A stretch of 64,000 nt of DNA from Alphaproteobacteria bacterium (GTDB lineage: Bacteria > Pseudomonadota > Alphaproteobacteria > UBA7887). The first letter of the stretch is position 1; each line of letters begins with the position of its first letter. This document shows, in pieces, positions 22,837 to 32,956 of the stretch. A program made the translations under genes and the position numbers. The notes below the pieces were generated by a model. The model had not been told where the DNA came from. It worked only from the letters and a program-made list of their open reading frames with translations, and did not search any database. The stretch covers positions 2,240,001 to 2,304,000 of the forward strand of contig CBDCGL010000011.1 of NCBI GenBank assembly GCA_965216755.1, read 5' to 3'.

Positions 22837-23565
22837 TTATCGACCGCCGGGGTCGGCGCTGCCACGGCGCTCTGGGCCACAAAATCGTGCCATCTGCCGC
22901 AATCGGGCGATGGCCTGAGACGTGGTCCGCGGCTTGCGCGCGGCCGTATCCCGCGCCAGTAGACCGCATGCATGCGCGACGGCGAAACTGGCGCCGCCGG
23001 CGGATGGTACGTCGCGCTCACCAACAGCATCTAGCGGCCGAACATGGGCGCCGAAATCGGCCTGCGCGCTGTTGAGCCAAGAGATCTCATCGACGGCACA
23101 ACGCGCATCGCCGGTGATCCTGATTACACCGGGGTATGCGGCCGGATAAACCGGGTCACCTCGCGCCGGCGCCGAGGCCAGCAGCACGGCACCCGCGGCA
23201 CACGCGGCGGCGCATGCGGTTCGCAGGACCGGTCGGTCGGCCCTGAGTCCGAAGCTCAGCGTGATCAAATGCACGTCCTGGGATATCAGCCAGTCCAGGC
23301 CCGCGGCCACCACCTCGGCGGTCACCGGATGCCGACGTGTAAAGACTTGCGCGTTGACCAAGACCGCGTTCGGCGCGTGATGCCACATGATCCGAGCCAA
23401 CGCCCCGCCATGGCCAACTTGATCCGCTCGGGCGGGCCCAGTTTCGATTTGCCCGGCTTGGTTGCGTACAAAGCGGCGTTCGGCGATCACATGAGACACG
23501 CGGGCAGCATCCACACCGCTGTCCAACAAGCCAATACGCACTGCGGTATGGTCAGCGACTGTCAC
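22837..23565 (-). CDS. qhpE: Subtilisin-like leader peptidase for the QHNDH gamma subunit
   Basis: Triad motifs LLDSG, GHG, GASFAVAH; YPAAYPGV; short with no signal peptide; GTGA overlap with qhpF. Confidence 0.88.
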   Translation of the reverse strand: MTVADHTAVRIGLLDSGVDAARVSHVIAERRFVRNQAGQIETGPARADQVGHGGALARIMWHHAPNAVLVNAQVFTRRHPVTAEVVAAGLDWLISQDVHLITLSFGLRADRPVLRTACAAACAAGAVLLASAPARGDPVYPAAYPGVIRITGDARCAVDEISWLNSAQADFGAHVRPLDAVGERDVPSAGGASFAVAHACGLLARDTAARKPRTTSQAIARLRQMARFCGPERRGSADPGGR

Positions 23566-25313
23566 GGCCGTGTGTCGTGGGTAGCGCGCCCGGACGACTG
23601 TGGCATCAATTGGCCATCGACCAAGGTCACGATTTCATCCGTACCAATCAGCGCATCGGGGCGATGCGAAATGATGATCCGCGTACGATCTGCAAAGGCG
23701 GCGTCGACCGCTTCAACCAACCGGCGTTCCGTTTCCAGATCCACGGCCGACGTGGCTTCGTCCATCACCAAAATACGCGGATCCTGCAACACCGCGCGCG
23801 CGATGGCCAGGCGCTGGCGTTGGCCGCCAGACAGGCGCGCGCCGCGCTCACCAACGGGCGTGTCATAGCCTTCTGGCAAAGTTGACACAAACGTGTCAAT
23901 TTGCGCGCGGGCGGCGGCAGCGCGCACCGCAGCAGCGTCGGCTTCCGGCGCAGCGTAGCGAATATTGTCGGCGATCGAACCACGAAACAGCACGATATCT
24001 TGGGCGACGACGGCAACCGTTTGGCGCAATGCCGCCAAATCCAGTTCACGCAGATCGATCCCATCAATCACGATGCGCCCAGCTTGAGGATCGAAATGGC
24101 GGTGCAAAAGATCTATCAGAGTTGTCTTGCCGGCCCCAGAAATGCCTGCCACGCCAACCTTCGTGCCCCCGCGAATGGTTAGGCTCGCGCCATCCAAAAC
24201 CACGCTTGAATCACCCGGATAGGCAAATTCAACTGAGTCAAAAACGACCCCGCCGACGCCATCCGCGGGCAGTGGCCGTGGCATCGCGGTCGGACGAACA
24301 GCAGGCCGTGCCATGGTCAGGCTGCGCACGCGATCCAGACTGACAGCCATACGCATCATACCAATATAAACACCGAACAGACTTTGCACCGGCCCCACGG
24401 CAAATCCGAGATAGGTTGAGAACGCAATCAATGTGCCGATGGTCAGCTCACCCCTGATGATCATCGCGCCGCCGGCCAAAAAGACGAGCGCTCGACTAGC
24501 CGAAGTCAGCAGGTTGGGTACCGCGGCGGTAAGAAACTCGGTCACTTGCAGCCGCAACAAGTCGCCAAGATAGCGTTGATTGAGGCGGCGCAAGCGCGCC
24601 ACCTCGCGCGCTTCGGCAGCGACCGATTGGATGAACTTCATCGCCGGTAAGGTTTCAACCAGAAACGCGGTCAAATCACTCAATCGTTCGCGCACAGTGC
24701 GCGTGCGCACTTCGACGCGCGGCCGCATGCGGCGCAGAAACAAAGCCTCGACCGGTAAAAGGACGAGGGCGACCAGCGTCAATTCCCAGCTTAGCCACAG
24801 CATCAGTGCCAAGGCACCGATCAGGCCCAATACGCCATTGACGGCCGCCAGCACGGCATCAACGCTGAAGCGCTGCAACGCAGCTACATCGCCATCAAGT
24901 TTCTGCAGCACGTCGCCACTGCGCGCTGCGGCAAAATATGCGGGCGACAAGGTCTGCAAATGACCGTACACCGCCTCGCGCATGGTAAACAGGACCAAGC
25001 CGGACAATTTGACGTGCTGGTAGCGGTTGACGCCACCCACGCCCAGATTCACGATCCCGGTCGCCAAAAGCAGTCCGGTCAACGCCGTCAACCAAGCGAA
25101 ATCCCCGGCTAGGATGCCATCGTCGATGATCAGCTTCATGATGTAGGGCTGGGCGGTAATGATCGCCGTGGCCAGCGCAGACAGTACCAAGACTGCGATC
25201 AATCGGCCCTTGTGCGGTCGCACATAGCCGAACAACCAGCGCAACGACTCGGCGTCCAGGAGCGACGGGATCGAAGGCGCCACCTGCGGCTCAGCCATAC
25301 CCGCCAGCGCCAT
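23562..25313 (-). CDS. qhpF: ABC exporter (TMD+NBD) for the QHNDH gamma subunit
   Basis: Hydrophobic N-terminal half, GISGAGKTT, LSGGQRQR, MDEATSA; located in the qhp operon. Confidence 0.87.
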   Translation of the reverse strand: MALAGMAEPQVAPSIPSLLDAESLRWLFGYVRPHKGRLIAVLVLSALATAIITAQPYIMKLIIDDGILAGDFAWLTALTGLLLATGIVNLGVGGVNRYQHVKLSGLVLFTMREAVYGHLQTLSPAYFAAARSGDVLQKLDGDVAALQRFSVDAVLAAVNGVLGLIGALALMLWLSWELTLVALVLLPVEALFLRRMRPRVEVRTRTVRERLSDLTAFLVETLPAMKFIQSVAAEAREVARLRRLNQRYLGDLLRLQVTEFLTAAVPNLLTSASRALVFLAGGAMIIRGELTIGTLIAFSTYLGFAVGPVQSLFGVYIGMMRMAVSLDRVRSLTMARPAVRPTAMPRPLPADGVGGVVFDSVEFAYPGDSSVVLDGASLTIRGGTKVGVAGISGAGKTTLIDLLHRHFDPQAGRIVIDGIDLRELDLAALRQTVAVVAQDIVLFRGSIADNIRYAAPEADAAAVRAAAARAQIDTFVSTLPEGYDTPVGERGARLSGGQRQRLAIARAVLQDPRILVMDEATSAVDLETERRLVEAVDAAFADRTRIIISHRPDALIGTDEIVTLVDGQLMPQSSGRATHDTRP

Positions 25314-25336
25314 TGCGCGAACCAGGGCGGATATAG

Positions 25337-25366
25337 AAAAAGGGGGCCGGCCCTACGCCGCCCCCC
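25337..25366 (-). terminator. Intrinsic terminator/attenuator between qhpB and qhpF
   Basis: Minus strand GGGGGGCGGC-GTAGG-GCCGGCCCCC-TTTTT. Confidence 0.65.
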
Positions 25367-25390
25367 ATACCCACTCCGCTCGTAGAAAGC

Positions 25391-26518
25391 TTATCGTTGG
25401 ACCACACGAAACGTGCCGGCGCCTTGGTCGCCACCGCCCGGCAATTCGATCGTCGCAATCTGTTCCAGAGTTTCGGTTGAATGAATAGCGATGTCGTCGA
25501 ACGTGCTACCGATGTAAATCTCGGACCCATCACTCGACACGATCGCCGAATAATAAGTGTGATCTAGCTCGATGCGATGGACCAGGTCGCCGGTGTCCAA
25601 ATCGTACTTGCTGAGGTGCGAGTAGACGCCATAGATGTGCTTGGGATCAGTGGGGCTTTTGGCCAGCGAAAAGATAATCAGGTCCATCGACGCGATCGGC
25701 ACCTGGCTCACCTCGTTGGTGGTCAAATCGATCATTGTCGCGCCCAGTTTGAAATCTACCATCTCATCGAAATTACCCGCGTCGCGCGCTTCGCGGCTGG
25801 AAAACTCTGGCGCGCCAAACGGCATCACCATGGTTTCAGTGGTTTCGTAGATCGGCCAAAACGCCAGACCGTCGGGCGTGCCGTACGTTGGCTGGGTCTC
25901 CTGCCAATACAAGATCGGAATGGTCTCGACAATGGTGCCGGACGCCATGTGAATCTTGTACAGATCATGACCGCCCGCCCAGATATGCTCGCCGTCGGCC
26001 GACGGCGCCATGATGGTCAAACCACGCGGCACGTCGAAGGTACGTGTCGGCGTCGCCTCTAAGCCGGCGGTGGCATCAAAAACCGCCACCCGGTGTGGCA
26101 AGATCGTGTAGCGATCGCTGAGCAGCTCGACCCGCGATTGCATCGCATAGATCTCACTGCCGTCGCGTGTCACCGTCATGGCACCGATCGTTTTGCCGCG
26201 AATATTGCCTTCCGACATATTGGCGCGGAACACTTCTTCGCAGGTGTCCAGGTTGATGCCCGAAATTTCGCCCCAGCCCGCGGTGACGACATAGGCGACG
26301 TCGCCGTCCGGATTGACAGACACGGTCAGCGGCGAGCCGCGTCCTGGAATATCGCAATCGCGCACCACCTCGCGCGCGGCGACATCGATCAAGAACAGCT
26401 TGTTCGGTTTGCTGATAGCGACAATAAAATCGGCAGACAGGGCCGGCGTCGCCGCAGACAGCGCGACTCCGGCGAGCCCAACCGTCGCGATCAGTGCATG
26501 CGTCAGGACTTTGCTCAC
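25391..26518 (-). CDS. qhpB: QHNDH beta subunit (beta-propeller)
   Basis: GTG start after GGAGG, signal peptide, KPNKLFLID, GINLDTCE, LDHTYY, IELPGGGDQ; follows qhpC. Confidence 0.88.
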   Translation of the reverse strand: MSKVLTHALIATVGLAGVALSAATPALSADFIVAISKPNKLFLIDVAAREVVRDCDIPGRGSPLTVSVNPDGDVAYVVTAGWGEISGINLDTCEEVFRANMSEGNIRGKTIGAMTVTRDGSEIYAMQSRVELLSDRYTILPHRVAVFDATAGLEATPTRTFDVPRGLTIMAPSADGEHIWAGGHDLYKIHMASGTIVETIPILYWQETQPTYGTPDGLAFWPIYETTETMVMPFGAPEFSSREARDAGNFDEMVDFKLGATMIDLTTNEVSQVPIASMDLIIFSLAKSPTDPKHIYGVYSHLSKYDLDTGDLVHRIELDHTYYSAIVSSDGSEIYIGSTFDDIAIHSTETLEQIATIELPGGGDQGAGTFRVVQR

Positions 26519-26574
26519 CTTATCCTCCCACGTTTTTTTCTTCTTTGGCTCACCGGCGTGATGTCTCGCCTGCC

Positions 26575-26907
26575 CTACACCGTGCCGTCGCCGGTTGGAA
26601 ACACTGATTCCAGCAGCCGCCAGTCGCGTTCGGCCGACGGCGCATTGGCGTTCCAGTCTGGATAGGTATTCAGCGTATCCGGTACCTGGGCCGGCCACCA
26701 GCATGGGTCGGCACAACCGTACAGATCAGCCTCCATGGGCTGACACAGCGACGCGACACCGCCGAACGGATCGACTTCCCAACCGGGATCCAGGGTGGTC
26801 GAGCAACCGGCGACGACTTGCATCATCATCACTTCCTCGACCTGGCCACCGTCGATCGCTTTATCGACCACGTCCGCCTTTCTGTTCATGGACTTCAGAT
26901 GCTTCAT
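26575..26907 (-). CDS. qhpC: QHNDH gamma subunit precursor (CTQ and thioether-crosslinked peptide)
   Basis: 28-aa leader MKHLKSMN...; core [13 protein letters not shown]...[24 protein letters not shown] keeps the C7/E16, C27/D33, C37/W43 and C41/D49 positions. Confidence 0.97.
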   Translation of the reverse strand: MKHLKSMNRKADVVDKAIDGGQVEEVMMMQVVAGCSTTLDPGWEVDPFGGVASLCQPMEADLYGCADPCWWPAQVPDTLNTYPDWNANAPSAERDWRLLESVFPTGDGTV

Positions 26908-28337
26908 TTGTAAGCCCTCCGAGGCTCGATATGTCTGGCAAAAAAGCCTGGGTTCCGATTCATGATCCGGGTGTAAACGTCGATACCGAAGTCGACCCAG
27001 TCACGCATCAGATCGCAATAGTGATAGGTCGGGTGCACCGGATCGTTGTAGTGGGCATAACTCTCATGATAGCAGCCGCCCGAGCATAAATTCCGAATTC
27101 GACAGGTGTCGCAGCCGCGATCGGTCCGGTCGAGTCGTGACTCGAGGAATTTCCCCAACCTCGGCTTGTCCAAACCCGCATCGACGTCGCCGAAGGTGTC
27201 CAGATCTGAACCGGTAAAGCGATGGCACAGATTGATGCCGCCGCCGGTGTCAACGGCAACCAGGCCCAGTCCGGCGCCACAAGGCAACGCTTTGGTCATG
27301 CCCTCCGACAGATCGGTCATCAGCTGATGCATATTGCCGAAGCCGATATTGCGGTCTTCGCACGCCGCGTCCTGGTAATTGCGGCCGAGCGTCTTCATGC
27401 CGGCGAAGACTTCGGCCAATTCGTCACCGTTCAATTTGAACAAGGCGTTATCGGACGACGTCACCGGCGAAAAGCCGACCTCGTGAAAACCAATATCGTT
27501 GATAAGATGATCCCAAATCGCCACCACGTCGGTGACCCCGGCGGTCAACGTGACCCGTGCGCCGATTGGCCGTGAATCGTAGCGGTCCAACAGCATCCTG
27601 GCTTTCGCCGCGACCACGTCATAGGTGCCAGCGCCGCCCACCGTGCGGCGATTGATATCGTGCAGGGCCTTTGGCCCGTCCATGCTGATGGTCAGGCCGA
27701 AGCGATGCCGATTGAGATAGTCGACAATCGGCGCGGTCAGCATGGTCGCGTTGCTGGTCATGGTAAAATCGACGCGCTTACCCAATTCGCGCGCGCGCCG
27801 TTCGGCATACTCGACCACGTCCTTAATCAGCGGCAAATTGGTCAACGGTTCGCCACCGAAAAACACGACATTGAAACGATCGCGCGCGCGCCCTTCCTCG
27901 AGCAGCATTTCGATGCTCTTGACCGCCGTCTCGAACGACATTTTGTCGCCCTTGGCGGGCGTTGTCAGATCTTCTTTGTAGCAATAGGTACAGCCCAGAT
28001 TGCAACCGGTGTTGACGTTCAAGACAACGGTGGAAAGCGGAAAATTCTCTATCTTGATCTGCTTTTGTCGAGCGCGCACCGGGCGGCCATCGCTGACCAC
28101 CTCAAGGTCAATGAATTCCTGCAGGGCTTCGGTCACTTCTTTGGGCGGCACGCGGCCTTCAAAACGGGCGCGGACATCGCCCGCGGTCACGGATCGCGTT
28201 TCCGCGAACAAATCCATGATTTCACGGCCGACCGGATCGAGCTCGAACAAACTGCTGGTCGGAATATGAAACAGCATCCGCCGCGGTCCGACATCGACCT
28301 GGTGGACATTGCTGTCAACCAATTGCAGCGTGGTCAT
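26904..28337 (-). CDS. qhpD: Radical SAM/SPASM thioether-forming maturase
   Basis: [11 protein letters not shown]-terminus, [36 protein letters not shown]. Confidence 0.96.
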   Translation of the reverse strand: MTTLQLVDSNVHQVDVGPRRMLFHIPTSSLFELDPVGREIMDLFAETRSVTAGDVRARFEGRVPPKEVTEALQEFIDLEVVSDGRPVRARQKQIKIENFPLSTVVLNVNTGCNLGCTYCYKEDLTTPAKGDKMSFETAVKSIEMLLEEGRARDRFNVVFFGGEPLTNLPLIKDVVEYAERRARELGKRVDFTMTSNATMLTAPIVDYLNRHRFGLTISMDGPKALHDINRRTVGGAGTYDVVAAKARMLLDRYDSRPIGARVTLTAGVTDVVAIWDHLINDIGFHEVGFSPVTSSDNALFKLNGDELAEVFAGMKTLGRNYQDAACEDRNIGFGNMHQLMTDLSEGMTKALPCGAGLGLVAVDTGGGINLCHRFTGSDLDTFGDVDAGLDKPRLGKFLESRLDRTDRGCDTCRIRNLCSGGCYHESYAHYNDPVHPTYHYCDLMRDWVDFGIDVYTRIMNRNPGFFARHIEPRRAYK

Positions 28338-28427
28338 CGGTGCCCCCGCATGTCCGCATGCGGCGCACATTTTTGCCTGCGCCGCATGCTTTTTCGTTTG
28401 GGGTTCTTGGCTGGGATCATGACCGCG

Positions 28428-30029
28428 TTACCGAATCGGCGGATCGTTCCAGCGTTGCACGGTGACGATAAGCTGCCCGGAGCCGACCACCTCGTTGCCA
28501 TCGTCATTGATGGTGGCGTCGACCCGCAAATTGCCAGCGTTGTTGGTCCGGAATGGCCGCTCTGGATTCAAGCCCGCGCCAGCCGGTACATAGACCCCGG
28601 TATTGGGATCCATTGCGCCGGCGTATTTTTCATCCTCCAGCTCGGCCGCCACTTCGTCAAACGGTACCGCAGCCCAAGTCGCGGGCATTGAACCGATGCG
28701 AATATCGTCATCGGTTCCGGCCTCACCGTCGGCCCCGTTGGCGTAGGCGACCGCGTCAAACACCGCATTGACCAAGGGCGTCAGTCCGCCATTGCCGCCA
28801 ACCCGCGCGATGTTGTACGGCGGCTCGACTTGAACCGAATCGACTTGGGTATAGACCGCGAACAACCCGTCGGCCTGGCTGCCGCCGACCGAGATCCCGC
28901 GCCCGCCAACGGCGGCATCGGCCGCCGCCTCGGCACGCACGACGATCGTGTTTGCATCGGCGGACACGGTTTCCAGCACGGCTACGCCGTCGCCCAAGCT
29001 GACGTCGCCACTGAGGCCCGTGCCATGCACCGCGATCTCCGCGGTCTGGCCAGATTTCAGATAGGCCGGCTGAACGGCCATAATGTGGCCGCCCGACCCA
29101 TCGCGCACGGCGACGATATTGGCGCCGAACTCATCCGCACCCAACTGAAATGCGCGGCCCGCAATGCGGTTGCCATCCTCGGAAACGGTAAAAACGGATC
29201 GGTTGACGTCGCCGCGACTGTTGGTCGACCGTCCACGCCATTCATAGCCGGTATAAAGAATGCTCTCGCCCGTGCCCGAGACGGTTGAGCCATCGGGATA
29301 GGTCGCCTCAAACGAATAGCTATATCTGTCGTCGCCTATGCTCTCGACCGTCATCATACCTTGTGACACGCCGCGGCTGGGCGCGTGCGCCACGACCCGC
29401 CAGCTTCCGGACAAGTCGGGGCTCTGAAATCCTTTCCAGGCGTTCCACGCGTCGGTTTCGAAGGGAAAGCGCTCCGTCAACCAATCGACCGTATCCGTCG
29501 TCGCAATCTCAAACCACTCGCGGTCGCGACCATAGAATTGATATTCCGTGGTCGGCCATTGGCCAAGATGGAAATGGACGTGCAACAACCATTCGTTGCG
29601 CGTGCGCCGCTGTAACGCGCCGCGCGCGCCACTGTGGCAGCGTGCGCACATCAGACCATATTCGTCCGGGAAGTCTTCGATCGCGCCGGGCCGTTTCTCT
29701 AGAATATACCGATAAGGTTCAGTCTCGGCGGGTGCTAGGCCCTGGGTATCGGAAAGGTACTTGACCAAGGCGCGCCGTTCCTCGGCCGAGACTTCGACGC
29801 CGTGCATGATGCCCATCCGCACTATCGTCATCAGCCACCCTTCGGGCGTTTTGCGCTGCTCGGCAACGCGACTGAGGCCGCCATCCTCTTGAGTATGGCA
29901 ACTACCACAGCGAGCATTGAGAATTTCGGGTCCATCCGCCGCCGTCGCGACGCGGGTGGCGCCACCTGCCGCAAGGTTTAGCGACACCAAAATCGCAAGC
30001 GCCACAGGGCTATAGAAACCTATGCGCAT
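28428..30029 (-). CDS. qhpA: QHNDH alpha subunit (diheme c)
   Basis: Signal peptide, CGSCH, QRKTPEGWLMTIVRM, CARCH, HFHLGQWPTTEYQ, YTGYEWR, TVQRWNDPPIR. Confidence 0.96.
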   Translation of the reverse strand: MRIGFYSPVALAILVSLNLAAGGATRVATAADGPEILNARCGSCHTQEDGGLSRVAEQRKTPEGWLMTIVRMGIMHGVEVSAEERRALVKYLSDTQGLAPAETEPYRYILEKRPGAIEDFPDEYGLMCARCHSGARGALQRRTRNEWLLHVHFHLGQWPTTEYQFYGRDREWFEIATTDTVDWLTERFPFETDAWNAWKGFQSPDLSGSWRVVAHAPSRGVSQGMMTVESIGDDRYSYSFEATYPDGSTVSGTGESILYTGYEWRGRSTNSRGDVNRSVFTVSEDGNRIAGRAFQLGADEFGANIVAVRDGSGGHIMAVQPAYLKSGQTAEIAVHGTGLSGDVSLGDGVAVLETVSADANTIVVRAEAAADAAVGGRGISVGGSQADGLFAVYTQVDSVQVEPPYNIARVGGNGGLTPLVNAVFDAVAYANGADGEAGTDDDIRIGSMPATWAAVPFDEVAAELEDEKYAGAMDPNTGVYVPAGAGLNPERPFRTNNAGNLRVDATINDDGNEVVGSGQLIVTVQRWNDPPIR

Positions 30030-30105
30030 AACCTCCCCTTCCTCCGACTTCGGCCGCACATACACGCGACGGCCGCAGCGCGGCTTATTCTTGATGATTA
30101 ATGAA

Positions 30106-30134
30106 ATGTTCTTGTGAAACGGGCGGCGAGTCAA
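30106..30134 (-). promoter_or_regulatory. Possible sigma70-type promoter of qhpA
   Basis: Minus strand TTGACT-N17-GAACAT about 75 nt upstream of the ATG; -10 is weak. Confidence 0.35.
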
Positions 30135-30304
30135 GGCGCCCGAAATCACGATAATCGGCCGTGAGGTGCCTGATGGAAGAGGTTGCGCCGGTCGCGACCG
30201 CGCGCAGCACAAAAAACTGCGCTCAGCCGCCGGCCTCTCGTCTTGACACGCACCAACGCCCAACATGCCCGACCGCACGACGTCCGGTAGGGTTATGGGG
30301 TTCG

Positions 30305-30739
30305 TCAGGCGTTAATGTATTCGCGAAGCTGGTTCGCTTCTTCCTCTGCCTCGCGGATCCGATACTTAACTACATCACCGATGCTCACGATGCCGACCAA
30401 GGTGCCGTCAGCGAGGACCGGCAAATGCCGACATCGCCGCCTGGTCATCATCGACATGACGTCGTCGATGGTGGTCGACTCGGTAACCGACAACACGTCG
30501 GTGCTCATCAATGTCTCAACTTTTTCATCCAAGCAAGCGGCGCCGCGTTCGGCCACACCATAAATCATGTCGCGCTCGGACATCATGCCGACCACGACGC
30601 CGTCAGCACCGGTCACCACGACGGCGCCGATGCGATGATCTACCAGACGCTTGGCGAAATCGCCGATCCGCACATCCGGGGTCACGGTAACAACCGCCAC
30701 CCCCTTTTCTTGCAATATGTCGCGTACATACATAGCCAA
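30305..30739 (-). CDS. CBS-pair domain protein
   Basis: VRDILQEKG, HRIGAVVV, SERD, RHLPV, GIVSIGDVVK. Confidence 0.92.
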   Translation of the reverse strand: MAMYVRDILQEKGVAVVTVTPDVRIGDFAKRLVDHRIGAVVVTGADGVVVGMMSERDMIYGVAERGAACLDEKVETLMSTDVLSVTESTTIDDVMSMMTRRRCRHLPVLADGTLVGIVSIGDVVKYRIREAEEEANQLREYINA

Positions 30740-30925
30740 CCCCCTGCCGCCGAGCGGGGGGGCCGAGTCAGGTTGCGGGCGCCCCCTGGTTTTCGATCAC
30801 CGGGTTTGCCACCGCGACCCCCCGATCAGCTCTTCAACACAAGTATAGCCCAAAACCGGCTATTCCCCAAATCGAGTCGCTGGCGCACGCACCCCAAGCA
30901 GTTGGCCATATTGCCTTTATTGTCT

Positions 30926-32956
30926 CTATGACGCCGACGCCGCGGCGACCACGTCATCGGCAAGCTTGCCTTGAAGTTCCTGCAGATGGTCGAAATGGTA
31001 GTCAAACGTGCCCACGCCACGGCTGAGCGAGCGCAGCTCGATGATCAGGTCGTGCAATTCCGATTGCGGCAATTGAGCCGCCACCGAATCCCAGCCGTCC
31101 CACCCATCGCGGGGTCCGAAACCAAGGATCTGGCCGCGGCGACCGCTCAATAGGCGCTGAATATGGGCGGTGAATTCCGATGGCACGAACACCTCGACGT
31201 GGTAGATCGGCTCCAATAGCACCGGATTACATTTCGGCATGCCCTCGTTCATGGCGATTCGGCCCGCGGTCTGAAATGCCATTTCCGAGCTGTCGACCGA
31301 GTGATATGAGCCGTCCGTCAGTGTCACCGCCACATCCACCACCGGGAAGCCCAGCGGTCCACGTTTGCAATAGTCGACGACGCCATGTTCCACCGCGGGA
31401 ATGTATTGGCGCGGCACGGCACCACCGACAATCGTGTTGTTGAATTCAAACCCACTGCCGCGTGGTAACGGCTTGATATCGATGAAAACGTCGCCGAATT
31501 GCCCATGGCCACCCGATTGCTTTTTGTGGCGCCCATGAATGTGGGTCGCCGGTTTGCGAATCGTTTCCTTGTAGGGCACCGACGGCGACTCGGTGCGAAG
31601 CGGCAGGTGGAATTTGTTGCGCGCGCGCTCCAATGCCACTTGCAAATGAATCTCGCCTTGGCCGCGCAGCAACATCTGATGGGTTTCCGGGTTCGGCTCC
31701 ATGATCAGCGACCGGTCTTCCTCTGTCAATTTGTGCAGCGCGTCCGACATCTTGACTTCGTCGCCACGGTTTTCCGCAGCGACGCCAAAGGCGTAAACCG
31801 GCTTCAGCGGTTCGACGACGGCGCCATCGGTTGCGGCCAACTTGCCATCGGGCGACAGCATGACACCGGTCGCGATCTCGTCCATGCGCCCAAGCGCAAC
31901 AACCTCGCCCGCCTTGGCCTCCGGCACCTTGGTCGTGGCTTGGCCGACCATGCGATTGACACTGCCGACGCGCTGGCCATTCAGGGTCATGCCGTCTTTC
32001 AGCGTGCCCGTCCAAACCCGCACCAACGACAATTTGCCGCTTGACTGCGTGTGGTAGGTTTTCAGCACCTGGGCCGCGGTCTCAGACCGATCGGCCAGGC
32101 TCACGCGCGCCGCGGCGACATCAGCTTCGGGCACGTCATGGCGCAGGGCCTTCATCAGTCGGCGAACACCGTTCTCATGCTCCGCCGCACCCAAGAACAC
32201 CGGCACGATCAGCGATTCGCCAAAATCCTTGTGTAGCGACGCAAAGATTTCGTCGGTCGGCGGCACCACATCTTCGAGCAGCTGCTCAAGCAACGTATCG
32301 TCGAAATCCGCCAACGCTTCGAGCATTTCCGTGCGGGCTTGTTGCTCGGAATCGGTCATCGATTCGGGAATTTGGATTAGCGAAGATGCCTGGTCGTCCT
32401 TGTACTGATAGGCACGTTCGTGCACCAAATCGATGTAGCCCTCGACCGTATCGTCATTGATGATCGGCACCTGACGTAGCACCAGCGGCCGCTTGCTAAC
32501 CCCCTGCAGTGCGGAAAGGAAATCCGGCACAGGTGACGTCGCTCGGTCCATTTTATTGACGAAAATCATGTGCGGGATATTGCGGTCATCAAGGAATCGC
32601 AGCAGCGGCATCACGGCGACGGCGCGATCGGGTTCGGGTTCGCAAACGACGATGGCGGTATCGACGCCAACCATGGCATCGAGTGACTCTTGAAGGAATT
32701 CGAGGGAACCGGGACAGTCCAGGATCGTGAAAGTTTCCCCCATATACTCGAAGCTCGCCGGCGACACCTCCACGCTCATTTGCCGGTTTCGCGCCTCCTG
32801 TGACCCGTCGCCCACCGTATTGCGATCTTTGATCGTTCCCTTGCGCGATATGGCTCCGGCGGCAAACAACATGCTTTCCATCAAAGTGGTCTTGCCGCTG
32901 GAATATGTTCCAACCAATGCGACGGTTCGTGCTCCTGACGGCGTCTTGCTCGGCAT
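30926..32956 (-). CDS. Elongation factor G paralog (EF-G2/EF-G-like)
   Basis: GTYSSGKTT, DCPG, NKMD, GQGEIHL, HKKQSGGHGQFG, DGSYHSVDSSEMAF, LLEP. Confidence 0.92.
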   Translation of the reverse strand: MPSKTPSGARTVALVGTYSSGKTTLMESMLFAAGAISRKGTIKDRNTVGDGSQEARNRQMSVEVSPASFEYMGETFTILDCPGSLEFLQESLDAMVGVDTAIVVCEPEPDRAVAVMPLLRFLDDRNIPHMIFVNKMDRATSPVPDFLSALQGVSKRPLVLRQVPIINDDTVEGYIDLVHERAYQYKDDQASSLIQIPESMTDSEQQARTEMLEALADFDDTLLEQLLEDVVPPTDEIFASLHKDFGESLIVPVFLGAAEHENGVRRLMKALRHDVPEADVAAARVSLADRSETAAQVLKTYHTQSSGKLSLVRVWTGTLKDGMTLNGQRVGSVNRMVGQATTKVPEAKAGEVVALGRMDEIATGVMLSPDGKLAATDGAVVEPLKPVYAFGVAAENRGDEVKMSDALHKLTEEDRSLIMEPNPETHQMLLRGQGEIHLQVALERARNKFHLPLRTESPSVPYKETIRKPATHIHGRHKKQSGGHGQFGDVFIDIKPLPRGSGFEFNNTIVGGAVPRQYIPAVEHGVVDYCKRGPLGFPVVDVAVTLTDGSYHSVDSSEMAFQTAGRIAMNEGMPKCNPVLLEPIYHVEVFVPSEFTAHIQRLLSGRRGQILGFGPRDGWDGWDSVAAQLPQSELHDLIIELRSLSRGVGTFDYHFDHLQELQGKLADDVVAAASAS

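Noticed and set aside
22833-23030. N-terminal extension of the 807-aa CcmF-like ORF, checked as a possible qhpG remnant or fusion
   Set aside because: Overlaps qhpE in another frame and has no GxGxxG FAD motif; real start is probably GTG 22832
26575-28337. Novel ranthipeptide or antibiotic RiPP cluster
   Set aside because: The precursor is a canonical QhpC with alpha and beta subunits present; this is QHNDH enzyme maturation
27660-28691. 343-aa plus-strand ORF
   Set aside because: Antisense to qhpD/qhpA with no recognisable domain
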